From contig CALSCP010001674.1 of assembly GCA_943704425.1 (NCBI GenBank), forward strand, positions 53,822 to 117,821: 64,000 nt of DNA, in the 5' to 3' direction. The stretch's first letter is position 1, and every line of letters begins with the position of its first letter. Origin of the DNA: Ministeria vibrans ATCC 50519. Its lineage: Eukaryota; Protista; Filasterea. Position numbers and translations under genes: made by a program. Under the pieces are notes generated by a model. The model searched no databases and was not told the origin of the DNA. It was given only the letters and a program-made list of their open reading frames with translations. Positions 56,250-64,000 of this stretch are shown here, one piece after another.

Positions 56250-59200
56250 ATGAGCGACAAGACGGGATTTGTGCGGCCGCCATTGGGCAAAAAGCAGATT
56301 ACGCTTCGAAACATGACGACTCTGGAGAGCGTCGAGGAGGTGCGATGCGGCTGTGCATGTCACATCACGCAAACGGCCGTGCGAGTGTCCCCTGCGCCCC
56401 CCCCGCCCCCGCACCGCTGCGTATTCCACTAGATCCCGATAATTGACTGGTTCTGTGCCGAAGCCGCCCGCAGGAGCGCCCCGGCCGTTGACGCAAAGGC
56501 TCTTTTGATGACGCCAACGCAATTTGACTGTCTCACTCTCTCTCTCTCTCTCAACTTCCACTGCACCGCTCCCCCTCCCCTCTCGCATGCTCCCTTTTCC
56601 TATGGCTATCCGATGCGAACAGCATCAGTGTCTCGCGAGCGCTCATTTTTATTTCGCTTTACCGTTTTTTTTGTGCTTTTGCTGATGGACTGTGTGTGAC
56701 TTTTGGATGTGTAGGTGAAGAAGTCGTTCAATCGCCATCTGCACTACACGGTTGCCAAGGACCGCAATGTGGCCACCCCTCGCGACTATTTCCATGCTCT
56801 TGCCCACAGTGTGCGTGATCAACTCGTAGCCAAGTGGATTCGAACACAGCAGCGATACCTTGAGAAAGACCCGAAGGTGCGATCAAATATATTCATGGTT
56901 GTCGCTCATTGTTGTGTCTTACGTGTCTCTTGCTTTTGTCTTTTCAGCGCGTATACTATTTGAGCTTGGAATTCTACATGGGTCGGTCGTTGACCAACAC
57001 CATGATCAACTTGGGCATTGACGTGACCTGCGAGGATGCCATGTATCAGGTACGTCGCACCTGATTGGTTGCTCTGTTCTCTCCCTCCATTTCTCCAACC
57101 GCCTCCTTTTCTTTTTCTTTTCTTCCTTTTTTTGTCGTTCTCTCCATTCTGTAGCTTGGTCTGAATGTGGAGGACCTTGAGGCTGCGGAAGAAGACGCGG
57201 GTCTGGGCAACGGAGGACTGGGTCGGCTTGCAGCGTGCTTCCTAGACTCGATGGCGACGCTGGGCCTCGCAGCTTACGGCTATGGCATTCGCTACGAGTA
57301 CGGTATCTTTACGCAACTTCTCCGCAACGGCTGGCAACTTGAGGCGCCCGACGAGTGGCTGCGCAATGGCAACCCATGGGAGATTGCGCGTCCCGAGTAC
57401 ATGCTTCCCGTGCACTTTTACGGCAAGGTAGTCGGCGTGCCGGACGGGAAAGGGGGCGAGCGACGCGAGTGGGTTGAGCGTCAGACGGTCCTTGCCATGC
57501 CTTACGACACACCCATCCCGGGCTACAACAACAAGACGGTAAATCTGCTGCGTCTGTGGTCCGCGCGCTCGCCGAACGAGTTTGAGCTGAGCTACTTCAA
57601 CCATGGCGACTACATCCGTGCTGTCATTGACCGCAACCTTGCCGAGAACATTACGCGCGTCCTTTACCCCAACGACAACTTCTTTCAGGGCAAAGAGCTG
57701 CGTCTCAAGCAAGAGTACTTTCTGTGCGCTGCGTCGCTGCAAGACATTCTCATGCGCTTTCGCAAGAGCACCTTTCCCAGCGACAAGGCAGGCCCCATCG
57801 ACTACAAGCGACTCGCGTCCAAGGCGGCCGTGCAGCTCAACGACACACACCCATCGTTGGCCATTCCCGAGCTCATGCGCATTCTCATTGACGACGAGAA
57901 CCTCACATTTGACGAGGCTTTTGACGTCACGCGCGCCACGTGCGCCTACACCAACCACACGGTACTGCCTGAGGCCCTTGAGCGCTGGCCTGTTTCGCTG
58001 CTCGCGCTCCTGCTGCCGCGACACCTTGAGATTATCTACGAGATCAATCACCGCTTCCTCAACGACGTGCGCGCGCACTGGCCCGGTGACACTGAGAAGC
58101 TACGTCGCATGAGCATCATCGAAGAGGGGCCTCCCGAGAAGCGTGTCAACATGGCTCACCTCTGCATCGTCGGCAGTCACTGCATCAACGGCGTTGCTGC
58201 CATCCACTCTCAGATCCTCAAGGACGACACCTTCAATCTCTTCTTCCAGCTCTTCCCCAATCGCTTCCAAAACAAGGTACTTACGATAGAAATGCAAAGG
58301 TATTGAATATGAATACTCACACTGATGTACGACAGACAAACGGAATTACTCCACGCCGGTGGCTGCTCAAGTGCAACACAGCGCTTGCTGAAATCATCAC
58401 ACAGCACATTGGTCGCGAGTGGACCACCGATCTGTTCCAACTCAAGGCTCTTTTGCCCTTTATTGAGTCCCCCGACAATGGCGAACTGCTCCGCGAATTG
58501 CATAAAGTTAAACAGGTGAGTCAGAGAGGAGTGATTGCATGAGTTGTGGTGAGTGCACAAGCAAGTGGGATTTTGACGGAGTGGGTGCTGTAGGACAACA
58601 AGCTGCGACTGGCATCTATCCTGGAGGCGGACTACGGCGTGCAGATCAACGTCGACAGCATGTTTGACATTCAGGTCAAGCGCATCCACGAGTACAAGCG
58701 ACAGCTGCTCAATGCCCTCCACATGATTGTCCGTTACAACCGTATGTTTTAAATACGACTTCGTTTCCCTTGAGTCTGACTTTTTGTCTATCTACTAGGA
58801 ATCTGTGCGAATCCTGCCGGTGAGTTTGTGCCGCGCACGATCATTGTCGGAGGAAAAGCAGCGCCAGGTAAAGAGAGAGAGGAGGAAGAGAGAAACAAAG
58901 TGATAGAGAGAAAGAGGTTGTGACTCTCGCATGTGTGTGGCATAGGGTACCATATGGCTAAGTTGATCATCCGTCTGATCACGGGCATTGCGGATGTGGT
59001 CAACAATGATCCTGTCGTGGGCGACCGTCTCAAGATTGTCTTCCTTGAGAACTACCGCGTCTCCCTTGCTGAAAAGGTACCATTATTATTAATTATTTTT
59101 ATATTTCACACACACTTATACTATACTTATGGACCCACAGGTATTCCCTGCAGCCGACCTGAGCGAACAGATTTCGCTCGCAGGCACAGAGGCGAGTGGC

Positions 59201-59983
59201 ACGGGCAACATGAAGTTCATGCTCAACGGCGCGCTCACCATTGGCACCATGGACGGCGCAAACGTTGAGATGTGCGAGCAAGTGGGTGAGGAGAACATGT
59301 TCATCTTTGGAATGCGCGTCAAGGACGTAAGTACACAAGCAGACAGACATGCAGATGATTGACTAATGTGTGTGTGTTTTTTTTTTTGTTTTTTTTTTTT
59401 TTGCTATTTGAAGGTGGAGCGGATCCGCAGCGCCGGATACAATCCACGAAAGTACTACGAAGCAAACAGTGAGCTGAACCAGGCACTGAACCAGATCCGC
59501 GACGGCGATTTTGCCGGCACGGATGGCCCTGACACGTTCCATCAGCTGGTTGACTCCATTCTCGTCCATGGTATGCCACTTGTATTCTTGCTCTTCTTCT
59601 TTTCTCCCTATCGCTTGCTTTCAACACCTTTTTTTCTTATCAGTCACATTGCTGTCATGAGTTTGTTCTTCTTCCCTTTTGCTTTGTTTACAATCTCTCT
59701 CTGAATCACTTTTTTCTCTCTCTCACTCACTTTGTTCTTTCTTCGTCTGATGATCTTCTATGTCGTATTTTGTACTTTTGTAGGTGATCGATTTATGCTG
59801 CTGGCTGACTTTGAGGCTTATCTTGAGGCGCAGGCCGAAGTCGATGAATGTTTTGCCGATCGTCAAAAGTGGCTCACCAAAGCGGCCCTCAACATTGTTG
59901 GCGCTGCCAAGTTTAGCTCGGACCGCACCATTCGCGAGTATGCTGCCGATATCTGGGACGTCAAGCCCGTTCCTGAAGAGTAG
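56250..59983 (+). CDS. PYG: Glycogen phosphorylase
   Basis: [58 protein letters not shown] motif [21 protein letters not shown]. Confidence 0.97.
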
Positions 59984-60591
59984 TTCCAGGACATTTCAAT
60001 CAAATAAACATTACACGTTGCACTTTACAGTCACACTTAATGAGCGAACCGTGGAACCGCGTCACTGTCGCAGCAGGTCGTGCGTACGCCTCCAACATGG
60101 AATTGTTGTTGTGTGAGAGTGAGCGAGTGCCGTCGTCGTTCTCTAGCTGGTTGTTGTGTGTTTAGAAGGAAGAGGGAAGTGGATGTGATGCGGTGGATCT
60201 CAATGCGTCTGTCCCCATGAATGGTACGACCGGCAGCGGGACAAGTGTGCGACTTTGCGCCATTTACAAAGGGGCATGAAGGTGATCATTTTGGCAAGTA
60301 TCGTGCGCTGAGTGTATGTATCGCTCTCGCTATACCCTTGCTCGCTCTCTGTCGCACGACGTTACCTGCGCTCTTGTAACTCTTTTGAATTCACGAGAAC
60401 TGTTCTCGCTCCAACGTGAAAAAGTGTAGCGTACAATGAATGTGTGCAAAGTGTTGTGTTGAGAGAGGAAAAGAGTGAGAGTGCGGTTGAGAGAGGAATG
60501 CCGAGTTTGTAAGAGCATAAGAAAAGATGGTCAACCAAAGCATCAAAATTGATTCATATACAAAAAGTAAGATAAGGGCGAGGGACTGTGG

Positions 60592-62305
60592 CTAGAAGTC
60601 GAGGGGCACCACCTGGAAGTGGCTCTCGGCGGCTTCATGCTCGGGGTTCTTGTCGTGCGAGAGCAGCTGCACCCCCGTGCGCTGGTACTCGGTCGCACGC
60701 AGAAGGTTCTGCACCAGCATGGTCACCGTCATCTGATAAATTGCAAAAGCACACAAGACAGGCAGACAGTCAGTGTCGATTCTCATTAGTGTTGTGGTTC
60801 GTCTTACTGTTCCCACAGAGGGTACAAACAGCGAAGCTTTGCCCTCCAGCGACTCCTTGTCAAAATTTTGAAAGCTGGCAAAGTTCACACAAACAACTCC
60901 CTATGAAATAAAAAAGAGAGAGAATATAACAAGAAGTCAAGCAAGCAAAGATGGATAAAGAACAAAGTGGTGTCGAGAGAGGAAGGAAGAAAGAACAAAA
61001 AGAAAGAAAAGAAAAAGAGAGAAATTGACAGAGAGAGAGAGCGTACGTCCTTGAGGGAGTCAGTATTAATGCGGTAGCCCTTGACGGGGACCCCTGAGAT
61101 GACAATGTCGCTCTGCAGTAGTGCCTCGTCTAGCGTCGTCGATGTCTCGCTGGTCTCGTGGCGCTTCAGTTGGATCCCTGGACCACGGTGAAACAGCAGT
61201 GTGTCGTTGACGTCGACTGAATAAACCTAAGGACAATAAATAAATAAAATTTAAAAAAATATATAATATATAATTATATATAATCATCCAAGTCCAGACA
61301 ACAAAAGAAACGATTGCGATACCTTGGCACCGTCATTGGCAAGCATGGCGGCCAAGGGACGACCAACAATCTCACTGCGGTTGACAATGGTGACGACGCG
61401 GCCGTGCAGGCGATCGCCAGTCGGAAGAGCCGAGTTGTAGATGCCACAGGCGGCAAGGAGACGCACAATGGCAAGGGGTGTGCACGGCAGGATGGTCCTC
61501 TGCTGCTGCGCTGCATCCACGTGTCGGATGTTGTTGTACAGGCAGTAGCGGTAGTAGTGGCACAGCCCCTCAACATCCTTGACGGGCGACACGCATGACT
61601 GGATATATTGATCCTATCCAATGAATAGAAAATCAGTCACATGCGCCGACGCATCTCTCTCTGGCTGGCAATCTATCCGATTCTCTCTTAGATTCGATGC
61701 GTCGAGGCGATCCGTACGATTCATGGGGGGCGTTTGGTCCACAGGCAACGCAAAAAAAAATGGAAAAAATGAAAAAGCAGATCGGATTGGTTCCGATTGA
61801 TCAAGAGGGCATGGGGATGGCAGTGGGGCGGGAGGGGGTGGGGTGGGGAGGGTGGCAGACGGGCGGGGGCGCTGCACACGCGGGGCGTACCTCCTGCGGG
61901 GTGAAGACGGGGTAGTACACCAGAATGCCGTTGACGCTGTCGTCTGCGTTGGCGTGCATGATGTTGCGCTCCAGCTGCAGCCGCGTGCATTGGCGCAGCT
62001 CGAAGTTGACGCCAATCTCAGCCATTGCCTTGGCGCTCGAGATGGCGTATTTCCGGGCAGACTGCAAGAGAACGGTTTTTGGCGTGATGTTAGGGAACGG
62101 TTTGCGTCACAGATCGAAACGCAGCGCAGCGGACGCGCGAAGACGCACGCGCGTCGGGTGCACGGCATACCGGGTCCGTGTTGGCCAGGAAGGCCACGAG
62201 GCGCGGGGGCTTCCCGCCGCTCTCCACGAGCTGTTCCACTTGTTGTTTCAACTCGGCGCGCGCTTCTTGCGCCAGCGGCATAGACTTGATCAGGGTGCAC
62301 GGCAT
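60592..62305 (-). CDS. MTD1: NAD-dependent methylenetetrahydrofolate dehydrogenase (yeast Mtd1-type)
   Basis: NGILVYYPVF, KDVEGL..LYNNIR, ILPCTPLAIV, IVNRSEIVGRPLAAMLANDGA, NFASFQNF, MLVQNLLR. Confidence 0.88.
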
Positions 62306-62542
62306 TACGGGGCGGAAGGTGGAGGGAGGAACTTGGAGAGAGTTGTACAATTGTGTCTGTGATTTCACTCAAGCCAGTGTAGCCAAGTGAGATTAAGAAG
62401 AAGGACTATTGCTTCTTCACAGTTCGACACTAAATCGACCGTCGCCAAACAGTCAAACACTTATTAACACTAAAAACAATCGATACAATTGGTTTGTTAG
62501 GTCGATACTCGATTAGACATTAGTTTCTTTTTGTTAATCATC

Positions 62543-63842
62543 ATGGGTGTTTACGAGTCATTGAGACTGTACGCAAGAGGGGAGTCGAGTGTGCGCACTG
62601 GAGTGAATATATCGTAACGACTTGTCTCTTTCCCAGACACATAAGCGACGACCGCTTTGTCATTGAGCCCACGGGCGGTGTGGGGCTCGATGCCCACGAA
62701 CGCCAACTGCTTGAAATCGATCGCCTGGAAGGCACCATTGCCGTGCGACGTAAGAGACTCGCGAAAAAAAAAAACGAGAAAAAAAGGATGACATTGGCAG
62801 TGGACGAAAATAAGGACTGCCAAGGCTGGGCGGGTGTCGCATACGGAACGAGACGGATGCGTGGAAGGCACTTGAGCAGGCTGCATGCGCGCTCACACTC
62901 TGGCTTTTGCGTTGTTTTCGTGTAGCGTTCGCGGCAAGCCGAATTCCCGGCAATGCCATCATCCACGACATTTACGGCATCATGGGGGTGATTGAGCTGC
63001 TCAGCGGGCCCTACCTCATTGTCATTACCGAGGCCCACGTGACCGGACGCATCTTTCACTCGAACATTCTGCGTGTGACGCACTGCGAATCGTTTCGGTT
63101 TAGTCCGTCGCTGCGTCAACTTTCCGACCGACAAATGGCCGACGAGGCGACCTACCTGTCCATGCTTGAGAGCATGCTCAACTCGGGGGGCTTTCACTTC
63201 TCGCACACGTATGACGTGACGCACACGATGCAGCGTCTGTCGGACACAGACCCGAGCTTCTTCACACAGCCGCTACACGTTCGCGCCGATCGCCGCTTCT
63301 ACTGGAACGAGTACCTCCATTCCCAGCTTGTCAATGTTCCCGACATTCGCGACTTTATGTTGCCTGTTACGCATGGCTGTACGAACTTTAAGAGGGAGAG
63401 AAAGGAGGAAATGGGGGGGGGGGGGGGGGGAGAAACAAAGTGATAGTGAGAGAGAGTCAAAGACAAACCGCAGAAAGATATGTGCCTATGGAAAGGGGGT
63501 CCTGATTATGGATTGTGTTTGTTTGTAGTCTTTGAGATCACATCGACATCCGTGAATGGTCACTCGCTGGCATTCATTTTGATTACACGTCGGTCGTGTC
63601 GGCGCACAGGCACACGCTTCAACGTGCGTGGCATCGACTCGGACGGAGGAGTGGCCAACTTTGCCGAGACAGAGCAGATTGTGTACTACAATGACCAGTA
63701 TGCGTCGTTTGTGCAGGTCCGTGGATCTATTCCCGTCTACTGGAGTCAGGTATGACTGAATTTGATCTTTCTCTGCCATTGTACATTGTAATTTGTGCTC
63801 ACATGCTCTCTTGCTCTGTGTACTTCTCGCCGTGGCTGTGCG

Positions 63843-63884
<42 letters not shown>

Positions 63885-64000
63885 TCTCTCTCTCTCTCTC
63901 TCTCAAACTCTCTCTCTCTCTCTCTCAAACTCTCTCTCTCTCAAACTCTCAACTCTCTCTCTCTCAAACTCTCTCAAACTCTCTCAAACTCTCAAACTCT
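62543..64000 (+). CDS. SAC1: Phosphatidylinositol-4-phosphate phosphatase SAC1, 5' part (truncated by window)
   Basis: MGVYESLRL|[87 protein letters not shown]. Confidence 0.93.
63847..64000. repeat. Intronic (CT)n grading into (CTCTCAAACT)n
   Basis: Seen directly. Confidence 0.9.

Noticed and set aside
60180-60312. Possible C/D snoRNA or SECIS
   Set aside because: Imperfect C box, no terminal stem, and no in-frame TGA in the neighbouring genes.
63900-64000. (CTCTCAAACT)n as a telomere
   Set aside because: Grades out of (CT)n inside a SAC1 intron; the gene is incomplete and must continue.

Overview
Gene-dense, intron-containing eukaryotic DNA in the standard code, with short GT-AG introns full of (CT)n/(CA)n/(AAT)n microsatellites and two small N gaps. 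About 23 protein-coding genes can be reconstructed by eye: RPAP1 (3' part), an alkylsulfatase C-terminal module, a giant class-IX-like myosin, MRPL10, a TLC-domain protein, an orphan, a multi-TM RING E3, DXO, a beta-propeller orphan, a degenerate paraoxonase, aprataxin, an LRRFIP homologue, an S4/dead-pseudouridine-synthase/HemK fusion, CLASRP, UBA3, makorin, TYW2, an RH-C1-DH-PH RhoGEF, EXOC1, a VWA3-like protein, RFC4, an FMO, glycogen phosphorylase, an MTD1-type methylene-THF dehydrogenase and SAC1 (5' part). The mix of animal-type genes (Myo9, RH-RhoGEF, LRRFIP, animal-type phosphorylase N-terminus) and a fungal-type MTD1 suggests a unicellular relative of animals (inference). The two best novelty candidates are (1) the HemK-type methyltransferase whose substrate-binding N-domain is replaced by an S4 plus catalytically dead RluD-type module, and (2) the myosin IX that splices in frame onto an alkylsulfatase dimerisation/SCP2 module and has CH-domain exons upstream. 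Candidate 2 may instead be an assembly mis-join at simple repeats. All family calls come from recalled motifs; no searches were run.
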